Shown: positions 23,937 to 37,767, counted from the first letter of the stretch. The stretch is 64,000 bases of DNA from Azolla caroliniana (GCA_043228905.1 JBHGNT010000008.1:10540001-10604000); one strand, 5' to 3'. A program made the numbers and translations. The notes: generated by a model not told the origin, from the sequence alone.

Positions 23937-26900
23937 ACGTCGAGATGCTGAACACCAAGCATTTCAGTGAAGTGCTACAACTTGTCCGATTTGAGCGGTT
24001 TGGTGAAGATGTCGGCAACTTGCCAATCCGTATGAACATACCGAAGTTCAACTTCACTACTCAAGACACGCTCACGCACGAAGTGGTAGTGCACTTCTAT
24101 GTGCTTTGTGCGAGCATGGAATACAAGGTTCTTGGTGAGCTGCATGCTGCTTATGTTGTCTTAGTAGATCAGGATCGGGGTCAACACCTCGATCCGCAGG
24201 TCTTGCGGTAGTCACCGAAGCCAAATGGCTTCAAAGGTGGCAACGGTAGCGCCCCGGTATTCAGCCTCAGTGCTCAAAAGGGCCACTGTTGGCTGCTTTT
24301 TGCTGCTCCACGCAACAGTCACGCTACCTAGGGAAAATATATAGCCGGAGGTGGGTCGGCGATCCGATGCATCGCCGGCCCAGTAGGCATCGGTGTAGCC
24401 GACTAGCTCTTCGGTTATACCATGCCGGTATAACAGTCCCTATTCCTTTGTGCCACTCACATATCGCAAAATTCGATGCGCGCATAGAAGGTGCTCCATG
24501 GTTGGCTTCTACATATATTGGCTGATCACGCCGGATAACTCATGTCGGGTCGGGTGACAATTTGTCGGAACCACTTCTCATCATAGGCCAGTCCGGAGTC
24601 AGGACAGAGCTTCTGGTTCTGGTTCAGGGGTGTGGAGATTGGTCGGCATTCTGTCATGCCGAACTTGTACAACATATTCAACATATAGGGTCTTTGTGAG
24701 AGCAATATGCCGTCGGGGGTTCGGATCACCTCGATCCCAAGGAAATAGTGAAGGTCCCCCAGGTCCTTCATCTCAAATGCGTCCAACAGCTGGGACTTGA
24801 CTTGGTTGATTTCATCGAGTCCGGGTTCGGTGATGACTAGGTCATCAACATACATCAAGATGCAAACCGAACCATCCGGACCTTGCCGGATGAACAACGA
24901 AGAGTCGGACTTGGAGACCACAAATCCCATCTTACACAACCGGTGCGTGATCTTTGCATTCCAAGATCGGGGGGCTTGCTTCAGGCCATAAAGTGACTTC
25001 TTCAGGCGGCATACCGCCGACTTGTTCATCTCTGACTGGAAACCAGGGGGTTGGGTCATAAAGACCTCTTCTTCAAGATTACCTTGAAGAAATGCATTCT
25101 TCATGTCCATCTGGTGAAGATGCCACCCCCTTACCGCAGCAACCGCGAGCACCACACGAACCATCGTCATCTTTGCTACTGGAGCGAAGGTCTCGTTGTA
25201 GTCGATCCCGTGGGTCTGCCCATATCCCTTCGCCACTAACCGGGCCTTGTACCAGTTAACCGGGCCTTTACCTTGTACACCCACTTACATCCGATTGGTT
25301 TACAGTGTCGGGGAGGGTCAACTAGGTCCCGTGTGTCGTTGGCATCAAGTGCCCGCATTTCTTCCTCCATAGCGGCACACCAATTTGCGTCCTTTGCCGC
25401 TTTTGCGTAACGCTCCGGCTCACGCACTTCTGCCACCTTGGTCATGTACGCATAGTGATGCGCCATGTACTCATTGTACCCATACCACTTTACAGGGTTC
25501 TTCTGACGGGAAGACCGGCGTAACTTATCGTTACCCGGTTTGAGGCCCTTCTTGGCCGGTGCGGTCTTTGTTGTCGAAGATCCGCCTTCATCCTTTCCGG
25601 AGTCGGAGTCGCCTCGATCCGACTCAACGTTGCTGGTTTCGTATTCCAACATCTTCTTCTTCCCCTTCTCTTTGTGCGTGAACTGTCTCCTTGGTTCCTT
25701 GCGCGGGGAGAGCACGACAGAGTCTCCATTACTCGCTGGTTCCTCATCTGACTGGTCATCCCGATTCAGCCACTCATTCGGTCCACTTAACCAAAATGAG
25801 ATCGGACTCTCGTCTAGAGTGCCGAGGTCTTCATCTTCTATCTCGACCGGTTCAGGCTCACTAGCCTCATCAAGTCGGAGCCGGTAAGGCATACCATGAT
25901 GCCGTCTCATCAAACTCAACATCTTGGCTAACTCGGACCTGCTTCGTCCGGGAGTTATAACACTTATACCCTTTTTGCTCATGTGAGTAACCGACTAGGA
26001 TGCATTTCTCCGACTTTGCATCCAACTTCCTCCGCTTCGCATCTGACACATGCACATATGCAATGCTACCGAATATCCGAAGGTGTCGCAAATTCGGCTT
26101 GTGCCTGAAATATAGCTCATGCGCGGACACCTTGTCACCGATCCGGTTTTGGATGTAGACGGTCGTCCGGACCACCTCCGCCCAGTAGAAATGGGGCATG
26201 CTCTTCTCATCCAACATTGCCCTTGTGGCGTCGATAAGCGACCGGTTCTTCCTTTTGGCCACACCGTTTTGCTCTGGTGTGTATCTGCGACTGAACTCTC
26301 TCCGAATTCCTTTTTGTTGCAGATAACTGTTGAATTGGCCGGATAAACATTCTTTTCAGCCATCCGACCGCAGGCACTTGATCTTCCTCTCTGTTTCCTG
26401 TTCAACCAGGCTTTGCAGGTTCCGAAAACACTTGAAGACTTCACTCTTCCGCTCAATGAGGTAGATCCATGTCTACCAGTTGTAGTCGTTGATGAAGGAG
26501 ACGAAATACCGACTCCTGCCAAGACTAATGTTCTGTGTCGGTCCCCATACATCCGAATGAATAAGGTCGAGCTTGGTACGGCTACGATTTCTTTCAGTGG
26601 GGAATGGAAGCCGGTGTTGCTTCCCAAGTTGGCAGGCTTCACATATTTGGGCCTTTCGGTCACTGAACTTCGGCAAACCGAAAACAACTTGTTTCGTTTG
26701 CAGGTCTTTAAGCCTCTGGTAATTGACGTGGCCGATCCGCTTGTGTTAGAGATCGATGTCCTATTCAATCTTCTGTCCTTTGGCGAACAAGGCAGTGCCG
26801 ACGTCATTGGTGTCGAGGATGAACATCCTCCCGTCTCTGTGCCTTTGCGCAATAATCTGGCCCTCTTCCTCGATGAAGCACCCAAGGTGCGTAAACCACA

Positions 26901-29900
26901 CCTGCATTCCTTGGTCAACAATCTGACCGATTAACACCAGGTTCTTTGTGATAGTCGGAACGTGTAATACGTTCATCAGCTTCCCCCTCTATCCGATGTG
27001 GCTCAAAGGGACTTCTCTGACATGCACGATTGGGTGAGGAGTGTCGTCTCCGGTTTCGACGACTCTTGGTTGTTCTGGTTGTTCCAAGAAGGAGAACCAC
27101 TCTTTGTGGCTCGTCATGTGATTCGACACACCGGAATCAACGTACCACACTTCCTCCGATTTGGAAGTGGTCTTCTTCATCGAGTTAGCCTCGTGTTTCA
27201 TCACCAAGGTTGGCCTTTTACCGGCTTTTCCGGTTTTGGATCCTCCCGATCCTTCTGCGTAGTGCGAGTATTGCCAGTTCCCTCTGCCGGCCTTGCCGGA
27301 TTCGGATCTATCCGAATCAACGTGCTTCTTCTTGCACTCGCTTTCTCTGTGGCCCTTTTTACCACAGTACTAGCATTCCGTGTTGGCCTTTGCTTGTCGG
27401 TCTCCGGCGCCGGCTTGACTCCCCTTGCTTGTGGAGGGTCCGGAACTGCTGTCGGCACTTTCTCTGTGCCTTCGGTCGTGCTCTTGCCGGCCGCTACCAT
27501 TGCGAGCTGACCCGCCTCGTCCACCACGCCCACGGGGCCGATCTGCCTCCGTATACAACATCCGGTTGTCAGTGGCTGCACTTGTTGACGCACCAGTGTG
27601 GTTCTCCTCTACAAGGAGCATCGATTGTAAATCGAAAAATGACAGGCGTATTCTCCCTCGTACAGACCGCCGTTCGGAAACGTTCCGAACTTAGACACTA
27701 ACCCGCCAAGACAAACCTACACCATCTTGTCCTCCTCGACATTCACGTTGACAGAGGCGAGTGAGTCGCAGATTTCTTTAATCTTGCTAGTGTAGTCAGC
27801 CACCGACATATCTCGTTGTCATACATTGCTCAACTCTTGCCTGAGTTGAAGCTCCCTAGTTGTAGTGCTTGCGACGAAGACCTTTTTCAGATTTCCCCAA
27901 GCTTCTTTGGGCGTCTTGGCGTCTCTAATATGGCTTAGCAGCTGGTCTCCGACATTGGACGCAAAGCAGTACATCACTCTGTTTGCCGCTTGTTCCCACA
28001 CAGGGAAGTCCTTGTGTATCGCATTAGGTCTTGTGTCGTTAGCTCCATCAACATAGCTCCAGTAACCATGCCCAAGCAGGTACTGGTGCATCTTTTATGA
28101 CCAAGATGCGTAGTTGCATCTGTCGAGTTTCTCCACCGGGAGCGAGCTAACCATTCGTCTGTCCATTACTTCTCTTTCTGTTCTTAGGGTTTGTCTTCAG
28201 ATGTTGATGTCGGCTGTAGAGGTTCTCAACCCTCGCGCTCTGATACCATGTCAAAGATTATGTGCAGAAGCGTCAAACAAAGCGGCCTTGCCAGATAGCA
28301 ACAGAGAGAGAGAGAGATTAACACACAGAGTGTATGCAGGAGAGACAGAGAGAGAGCAGAACATTTAAATCTATTACAAAACAATAATAGTTCTCTGTAC
28401 ATAAAACGTGCTCAACAACACCATTTATACAAGTCCTAAGAGGACTAACAGAAGTACTATGTACTTCAATGCTCATACGAGCGTCTATCACTAACTACAA
28501 GACTATTAACTACCTAGTAGTCTAGTCTACTACTAGGCTTCTGGTTACTGTTTGATTCAGCTAACCGGCTCCCCAGCTCACTGGCTCACTTGCTCACTGT
28601 CTCACCGATCCGGCTCAGGCTTATTCAACTGATCCGGATCCGGTTGAGCTTGTCGCTCAACAATCCGGCAAGGTCGAAACAGACTAGTGAGCAGATTGCT
28701 CTATGTGGATGATCTTGTCATCGCCGGCGCCGACTTGGACGAAATTGACCGCGTCAAATACAAGCTTGCGGCATCATTTGAAATGAAGGATCTCGGCGAC
28801 CTTGATTACTTCCTTGGGATCGAAGTGATCCGAACCCCTAAAGGCATATTGATCAATCAACGCCACTATGTGTTGGGTATGCTCTTCAAATTCGGTATGA
28901 CGAATGCAAATCCGTCTCGACTCCTATGGACCGGAATGTGAAGCTTCGCCCCGACTCCGGAATGGCATGTGACCCGAAAAAGTTTTGACAGATAGGAGGA
29001 AGCCTTATCTATCTGACCATCACCTGACCAGACCTCAGTTGTCTGGTCGGATTGATTAATCAATTTATGGCGCATCAAACCATGGAGCACCTTCAGTGCG
29101 CGCACCGAATACTGAGGTACGTCAACATCACTAAAGATAGGGGGTTGATGTATCCTACGGGGTGTAGTCGGATAGCATGTCGGCTACACAGATGCCGATT
29201 GGGCCGGAAATACCGGTGATCGCAGGTCTACATCCGGATATGCATTTTCACTAGAAGCGTCGTAGTCGCCTTGAGCAGTAAAAAGCAGCCGACAGTTGCA
29301 CTGTTGAGCACTGAGGCCAAGTACCAAGGAGCGGTTGTCGCAACGTGCGAAGCCATATGCCTCAAGTGGCTCCTTAATGATTTGTGAGTGGAGGTGTCTG
29401 ATCCGACGACAATATATTGCAACAACCTTAGCAATATCCAATTGGCAAAGAACCCTGTCTTTCATGCCCGGACTAAGTACATCGAGGTGCACTATCATTT
29501 TGTCTGAGAGCGCGTTCTCTCTGGTGAAGTGGAACTACTACATGTTCCCACGGATCAGCAAGTGGCCGACATCTTCACCAAACCCTCGGCTTAGACAAGT
29601 TGCGACAATTTTCCGAACTTGAGGGGGAGAAATGAGAAAGACGGCCAAAAAGCCGAGTCGGAAACCGATTTTGATTTCGGCCCAACTGAAGAAGTTGGAC
29701 TGCACGAGCCGGCTGAAGAAGCCGAGATAGGACACAGGGGCAGTCACCAGAAAGGAAAGCCCAAGCTGGAGCCAACCGAAAAAGAGGGAGGCAAAGCCGG
29801 AAAGACTGAGACATGACATGGGCCGATGTCGTGAAAGGTCTGGAAATCGAAGGCAAGTTGGAGATAGCCAACTCTGTTAATGAAGAAGACAAATCGGAGA

Positions 29901-30937
29901 TAACCGATTCAATCGAGGGAAGAAATGAATCGGATGTACCCGATTCAATCGAAATGATCGATTCGGAGGAGCCGAATCCACGATGGGCCAAGCGGACAAA
30001 AAGGCAACTGAAGCCGATGCTGAGACGGATGAACCAATCGGTCGAGGGGCACCAACACCGCGACAACAAGGGAGCTTATAAGGACCAAGGGAGCAAACAA
30101 GCCTATTGAGAAGGTCGAGGTGCGCGGAATTGGACGTGTCGAGGAAAGCAGGACTGGACTGGACGAGGAGCGTGAGCTAGGCGGGAGGATGCCACGTGGA
30201 GCTGGAGGAAAGGACCAGCAGACACAAACACTGACACTACGATCTGACCTCAAGTTGAGCTTGAGGGGGAGTGTTGAGCGGACAAGCTCAACCGGATCCG
30301 GATCGGCTGAACAAGCCAAAGCCGGATCGGAGTCTAGAATGAAGAATCAGATCGGTTTCTGGATGGTATCCATAACCAGGAGCCGGATCGGATTGTAACC
30401 GGTAGACCGTTAGAGGCCTATGAATCTAGCCTAGTACGTAGGCATATTTTTGAGAGTTAGTGTCAATCGCTCGTATGAGCATTGAAATACATGTCAGTAC
30501 TTTTGTCAGTCCTTCGTGGACTTGTATAAAAGTGCTCAGTGAGCACATTGTGTATACACGAGAGTTTTTAGTGTTTTGGAATACACTCATTTCTGTGTTC
30601 TGCTCTAATTCTGTCTCTCCCGTGTAAGGTTTCCATTAAACCTGTGTCTGTATTCTTTTGCTATCCGAACGAGCTAGTTTTGTCTTAGCTTTCGCAATCG
30701 TATTCTTTTTCAATCATTTCCTCAAATGCATTATAGGACGTCCCTCTCCCTACATAGGCGTAGGATGATAGATAAGTAGAGGAGGCTAAGAAGTGTTGTA
30801 ACTAAGTGGATTTTACATAGAATTAACAGAATTGTGTGCTTTCTTTTAGAGAGAGAGAGAGAGAGGAACCAAGGGCATCGTTTGAAATAAAGAAAAACCT
30901 TGGGGCCTCCACGGAGCTCACAGTTCGTCCTCCGACA

Positions 30938-31435
30938 ATGGTCGTGGTGGTTCGTAACAAAGCAACCTTTCGATTTCTGCAATCACGCTACCTCAACATC
31001 TTCTCGGTAAGTTAGTTAATACCTTAAACATAGCTGAATCTAGTCCTCAGAAAGAGATGGTTACAGAGATCAGAGGGGATTCTACTATAAATTGTTAGTG
31101 TGGTATTAGAGACAAAGCGAGAGACAGAGAGAGAATGAGATGCTTCTTGCTCTCTCTAATCTCTTTTAACCCTCAATCAAGTGTGCATCACAATTGAGAG
31201 AGAAGTGAATGGAAATGAGAAGAAACAATAGCTAAACCTCTTTTGGACGTGATAAACTGGAACTCAAGGATACGGTTTTAAAGCAGATGAAAACTAGAGT
31301 TAATAGAAAATTACAATAACGTATCTTGATAACCAAGCTGGAGCCAGTTTTCCAAGGAAACTGGAATTATGAACATTTCTCCGATCATCTCTGATCTCAA
31401 AAGACACTCTGGATGCAAGAGAAGTATTATCTATC

Positions 31436-31468
<33 letters not shown>

Positions 31469-34400
31469 AAGAAAGTCGGCTTATGAAACAAAATTACAAA
31501 TTTGGGTGAATTTGTGTCTTCAAACTAAAAACAAGCAAAAAAGAGATCTAGGTTTCCTAAAGCTCCATGATAATGATCTTAATGCATGTGGTGGAATGAT
31601 TTTAAGATGGGTTGGGAGCATGAAATGCATAGCTAATACGGATGAGAATAGTTGTGATTGGACATCATATCCAAGGTTGGTCAGTGCAGTGAAATGTGGG
31701 TTGCGAGCATGAAGTGCATAGCTAATATGTATGACGATAGTTGCGATTAAACTTCATATGCAAGGTTGGTTGGTGTGGTGAAATGGCTCTATGACGAAGT
31801 TTAAACGACTGCATCTGGGTGTCCTTGTGCAGATTGGACATGACGAGCTATTGTGCTCCATGATTTGGTAATAATATAGCCCATGTGCCCTATATGCTAG
31901 TACTCGCATTCTCCACTGTCGGCATTCCTGTGCTCAGCTCTATACTGACTTCTCATCACGTTAGTGGATATAAAGAGCCATGTACGAAATCAGTGATGTG
32001 TGATTGCAACTGCATCCATGTGCCTTACATCCTAGTACTCGCAGACTCAGTTGTTGTTGGAATTTCTCTGTGCTCTCCATGGCGACTCCTCTGACATGTT
32101 AGTGAAGGTAAGGAGCTATGGATGAAATCAGTAATGTGCGATTGTCATTACATTACACATGTTAATGTAAGGGTTTATTCCCTATTGCTTTGAAGCTTCA
32201 GAGAGATTTGGCCAAATTGTCAGTTCTCAAACTTCTCCATCATTTGTCAAATAGTGACAGTCTATAGAGAGGATGGCATACTTCTCTCTAAGGGTTTAGG
32301 GTATACACAAAGTGTTCGTCGCGTTTGATCTCTCCTTCACATAATTTGCAAAAATTTTCGGGTGTAGGTACCTTAAAATTTTTATGAAGTCATCCTCTGA
32401 AAATTTCATGAAATGGTCTTTGTAATAGGCCATCTTTGAGGGAAGGGACCCCCTTGTTGTGAGCCATGTCTTTTGGGTATAGAACTGCAATAGATCTTGT
32501 TGCCACACATTGTTCCTGTCATTGCTATTGTAACTCCTCTAACATGTTGTTAATGAAGATAAAGGAGCTATGGAGGAAATCAGTAATATGTGATTGTCAT
32601 TACATCACGCATATTAATGTAAGGGTTGATTTTCAATGCTTTTGAAGCTTGAGAAAGTTTTGGCCAAATTGTTTGTCAAAATTCTCCATCATTTGTCAAA
32701 TAGTAGAGTCTATAGAGAGGGTGGCATACTTCTCTCTAATGTAGTTGAAAGATGGGCATCTACACACAAAGTGTTCCTCACTTTTGATCTCTTCCTCACA
32801 TAATTTGCAAAATCTCACAGGTCTAGGTACCTCAGAATTTTTATGAAGTCATCGTTAGAAAATTTCATGAAATGGTATTTGTAGTTGGCCATCTTTTTAG
32901 GGAAGAGGTTCCCATGGTGTGAGCCATGTCTTTTGGGTATAGAACTGCTATAGATCTTGCTGCAACATCTTGTTCCTGTCATCATTTTCAAGAGATGTGC
33001 AAAATTGAAAGGTAGCAGGTTCTTGATGTGGAGTCCATTGGTAATGCACTTCATCACCTACAAGGACCATGATCCTGCTTCATATTCTGTTGTCAGTCAC
33101 CATTTGCTTCAATGTTTCTAACGACTTAAGTCTAATTCTTTGAAGTGTCATGGTTCGAATCCGGGTTATGAGGTTCACTGTCTGGAATACTGCTTCTACC
33201 ATAGTGGGGTTGTTGCTAATTTCGCACAGATGACCTTGTGTAGGCTGGATTCTATTTCTACATATCATCCATGGTAACATCATGGCTGGTGGACGTTCTA
33301 TTTGTATCCACATGTACATGGAGAGGCCTAAAACCCATATGGCTGCACCATGCATGAGGGCAAGGCTGATCCTAGTGTTAAATCATACTTTGATACAAGA
33401 CCCTTGGAAGTGTCTAACATGGGTAAAGTTGCATATTTCAAGTAAGTTGATCTTTGGAAGCTTGGGCCATAGAGAAGTGTCCACTCATGCTTGTAAATGT
33501 GACTCTTAGGTTCAACTTGCTTCCTGACAAGTGAAGATAACTAGTTGGCGAGTGTGTCCAGATTTGTGGAAAATCAAGGTTTTAGTATTTCCTAAGTTTA
33601 TCGTGAGCCTTTTTCTTATTTAGTAGTTATTGAATGAGAGTTAATCATGACTTTATTAATATTGTTGATTTTCACGCTTTGATTCTACAATCTTACCGAT
33701 TTTTCTCTAATTCATGTCTTGAGTTATAATGCCAATGTTTGGAGGGTCTCTTGTACTCATTTTCAGGGACCAAAATTTATAGCCAACTTTCGTATTTGCG
33801 GAACACTCTCGTAACAATGTTGATCATTAACTTACATTTTTTAATGCTGGATACAGATTTTTGTTAGTTTTTTCTTCATAATTTAAAATTATGGCAAGTA
33901 TAATCATTTCTTTATATGACACTGCAGATCTTCAACAAGGAAGCTGTTGAAAAGGAGCGCCTAAGACTGTAATAGATTTGATGCCCATATATACAGATTA
34001 TCAATATTATTCTATAGCATTTTCATTCATTGGTGTTTTAATCATGCATATTTTAGGGGAGATGAACTCAACCGAGGATATTTTGATGATTACCGCGACT
34101 TGAAAAAGCATGGGGGCAAGGTTAGCTTACATGTATTCTATTTATTTTGAAGGCTGTAAACATGTCTTCAAGATTACAAACTATGACAAAAAGTTTATAG
34201 GCTGCCTATGTGTGTTGATATTCTTAGCTGGCAACAGCAAGTCAATCTTTACTTCCAATAGCTGCATCCTTGAAATTTCCTACACTTACGGTGAATACAG
34301 CAATGGGGGAAGGTTTTACATTGCCCGAAGGGAAAAATGATTCTGATGAAAAATCTGAAATTTCATGTTCAACAAACCCACTTGTTACAATGATTTGCCT

Positions 34401-36815
34401 TGCCTTTCGAGGAAATGGGCAGGTAAGTATCTATATGCAATAACATATAATATAGGAGTGGATGATTGGCAGCAATTGGTTCCAGTCTTATTTTTTTAAT
34501 AGGTTCTTGTGAAGCCATGGATATTGCCATTTATAAACTCCTTCAAGATGGTCAAAGAAGTAAAGATCTATGAGGTAAAAATACTATTGTTTTGCCAGCA
34601 TCATACCACTTAGAATATAGATTAAGAGGCACATAATATGTTCGAAATGCTGTGTATTGAGGGGCACTTTTTAATTCATGCAGGTATCTTATATTGATTC
34701 ATGGTTTCTTTCTCTGCCACCAGTGCGCTATTTACTCCTTCGATCCATGCAGCCGAAACCAGTTGAGGAACAAAAAAATAAAATGGAGCAATTAGTCTAT
34801 GCCTTCGGAGATTCCTATTATTTTCGAAAATCTCTTCATATTACGAATCTACTCACTGGGTAAGAATTGTCATCCTCCCAAAAAGTAAAATTCTGCTTAT
34901 TTATTTAGGTCTTCTCATCCTGATTTTCTGTCTTATAGGTCCTTGATTGTGAACTCTGGATTTTTGACATGGTATCAGAGCATTTCTTGATTTCCTAATA
35001 TCTGCTGAATTTTAGGGTTTCCAAAGCTGTAAGCATTTTCAGCCTGCTCATTCTCTAAGGTTGCCCCTATTCCCTTCTGATTTGGCTGTAGTATGTGTTT
35101 CCTACCCAAATTTTATTTAGGTCTTCTCATCCTGATTTTCTGTCTTATAGGCCCTTGATTGTGAACTCTGGATTTTTGACATGGTATCAGAGCATTTCTT
35201 GATTTCCTAATATCTGCTGAATTTTAGGGTTTCCAAAGCTGTAAGCATTTTCAGCCTGCTCATTCTCTAAGGTTGCCCCTATTCCCTTCTGATTTGGCTG
35301 TAGTATGTGTTTCCTACCCAAATTTTATTTAGGCTGTCTTTAGCTTCCATGACAACTTCCATTTTCTTCTTACATCTGAAATCCTTTCCAGTTCAATCTC
35401 TTCTTGAGAAATTCTTGTAAGTAGACTTAAAGTTGAGCCATGTTCATGACAAGGTATGGTGGTTACTGGATGTGAAAACATTGCTGGTTCTCAGGTGTTT
35501 CAGTGCAATAGATTGGTGCGGGATACATATGTGGTCCTGCTGGTGCAGTTTGGTTGGGATATGTAGTGGTGTTGCTGATCATTCATGAATATGGGTTTTC
35601 TTCTTCTGTTTAGACATGCCATGAGAACATGACTTTTCTTACGTGGTGATGAGAGTTTTTACGAGAGCTTTTATAATTCAATATTACGATTTGTAAAATG
35701 AAGGTAAAATGCATGTGTGTGGAATTAATACTTGGAGTTTACTTCTCGATATCTAGCCTTCCTCAGTTTTATCAGTATCTAGAATCCTTAATGTTGCCAA
35801 CGCCAATGATCAGGCTCCTGCAAACCTCGAGGTTAAATCATCTGTCTACAGTTATTGCCTCAGTATCCTATCAATAGCTTTTGGTAGGTCTAGGCTAAGC
35901 GCGCAATTGCCTTTCACAGCTAATTATTACTGTGCTGGGTGGCCTCTGGTTATTGGTAGAGAATGAATTTCATCTCTGGGCGGAGATCATGAGAGGTTAG
36001 GCCATTCACAGGCTTGTGGTGGAGCAAACATTTCTGTTCTTAGTTCCTTGGAGATAGGCACCTCAAATGGGTACACATCTCCCCTGCTTGCTCCTCTCGC
36101 AGTTTCCTACTAGATATCCTTGATGTGTCCCATCAGTTTTTTCTAGGCTCATCCTTATTTATGTTCCAAGTGTAGGCACCTCAAATGGATATATATCCAG
36201 CTTCCGGCTTCTCTCACAGTTTCCTACTTATGGTGTTTTGAAGCTCATCCTTATTTTTTGGCTCTCCTTTTTATCAATCATGTGTTTTGTTATGAAATCT
36301 GTGCTTTTGGCAAAAGTTTCTGCATTCAATCTGTCTTGTTTAAACTTGAGAACTTCCTTTTGGCATCTCTTCCCCTTTGTTTTTTAATTGAAATCGTGGT
36401 CACAAACACTTGAAGATTTTTTGCTTGTAACCCTTCTCACTCATTTTTATACCACATCAATATGATCATTTTCTGAGCTCCTGCTCTCAAGGCAGTTCAG
36501 TCCTACATGAAAAGTCCAAATAATATGTATTTTGGCATAAACTGCAGTGTAGAAGTGAGTGGAAGTTTGTGAATATTAGAAAAAACAGCTTGTATGGGTA
36601 AATTGTAGAAAGAGGGAAAAAGAAAACTGTGTTAATTTGAAATGGAGGAGACCCAATATCATCATGTCTCTTCTTGTGTCAGGTACATCTTTCTACTTGA
36701 CAAAGAAGGCAGAGTAAGATGGCGAGCCTATGGGAAATCTACTGAGGAAGAGGTGTCATCGATGATCGCTTGCACACACAGGCTTCTGGATGAACAAAAG
36801 CAGGTTTCTGGATGA
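30938..36815 (+). CDS. ATP10: Mitochondrial ATP synthase Fo assembly factor ATP10, 7 exons, ~249 aa
   Basis: GT-AG exons 30938-31006, 33928-33968, 34057-34120, 34228-34422, 34503-34574, 34684-34859 and 36683-36815 splice into one frame (750 nt): ...EKERLRLGDELNRGYFDD...KHGGK...KFP...CLAFR...YAFGDSYYFRKSLHITNLLTGYIFLLDKEGRVRW..., matching recalled plant ATP10 motifs; exon 1 is the least certain. Confidence 0.9.
32090..32985. repeat. Diverged ~450-bp tandem duplication in ATP10 intron 1
   Basis: 32090-32525 resembles 32540-32985 (AAGGAGCTATGG...AAATTTCATGAAATGG...GAGCCATGTCTTTTGGGTATAGAACTGC). Confidence 0.8.
34901..35333 (+). repeat. Near-perfect 212-bp tandem duplication containing an LTR-end/PBS-Met junction
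   Basis: TTATTTAGG recurs at 34901, 35113 and 35325; each unit has ...TTTGACA-TGGTATCAGAGC. Confidence 0.88.
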
Positions 36816-37767
36816 AAGGTCAAGTTGCTGATTTTGGTTGTTTGAATAAAGCTCATTTCTGAGCATTCTGGAACTTAGGAGTGTTATACCATTGATCCCT
36901 TGCATACTTATGATACCGAAATTGATTTCGAGGTAACATGTGAGGTTGAAGTCAGTAGCAATTCACAGTTCATGACATTTTTCAAGATAATACGTGAGGA
37001 TGAAGTCAGTAGCAATTCACAGTTGACATTTTATGGGTTGACAAGATTGATGACTACGGAATATATCTGCAAGTGTAATAAAATTATGGAGGTCAATCTT
37101 GAATATGTAATTGGTTTTAGATAATCGTAAAATCTAGCTATATTCATGCATGCCGAGTAATACCATCCATGAATTTCTTTTGTTTTTCATATATTTCTTT
37201 GTGATGGAATATGATTCTCTACCAATAATACTACCAGATGTAGTTTTGAAATAATGTTGGACACCCTAAAACTGGCATATCTATGAAAGGACTCTCATTT
37301 TTCTGCCATTGAATGGGATTCTCTTTGTTTGTCATGCAATCCCTCTAGTCTCACCTCACTTTTTCTTATAATGGTTCTCAAAATGATAAAGGTGCAAAAC
37401 ATGAAAGAGAAATCTACAATCTGTGGAATATCCAAACGTGAGGATGCTGATTTCAAACTTCTATATCTTCTGGTTTGCGTGAATGGCAAATCAAGGTTGT
37501 AAGTTAATAGGTATACGATCTGTGGAGCATCTAAACCGGAGGATGTTGATTGCAAAATTCTATATCTTCTGGTTTGCGTGTAGGCCAAATAAAGACTGTA
37601 TGTTAGTAGGTAATTGCTAAGGGGTTTGAGAATGATTTAACTTTGAACCTCCCTGCTACTTTTGGCCTAATTGTCTTAGAAGTGGCTGACTTCTATTGGC
37701 TATTTTAGAAGATACAATACTCTCCATCAGCACCATTTTAGGAGCCGCTTATTTGGTTCTTTGTAAT

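Larger units (their letters stand above)
14779..28662 (-). mobile_element. Ty1/copia element E (related to D), inserted antisense into the RT of D
   Basis: TSD ATCCG (14774-78 / 28663-67); 5' LTR 28249-28662; PBS-Met (rc) 28237-48; gag-PR-INT-RT(YVDD)-RH fragments 28170-23940; PPT rc at 15210; 3' LTR 14779-15209 with (AG)n. Confidence 0.94.
11775..30712 (+). mobile_element. Ty1/copia element D (decayed), host of nested insertions
   Basis: TSD ATCAT (11770-74 / 30713-17); 5' LTR 11775-12177; PBS-Met TGGTATTAGAGC 12178-89; gag-INT-RT 12270-14778, RT/RH resuming after 28667; PPT TTGAGGGGGAG; 3' LTR 30272-30712; internal deletion near 13020 removes the protease. Confidence 0.93.

Noticed and set aside
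25995-26921. 308-aa minus-strand ORF and the many antisense ORFs over pol regions
   Set aside because: Off-frame or antisense shadows of GC-rich retroelement coding sequence with no recognisable domains
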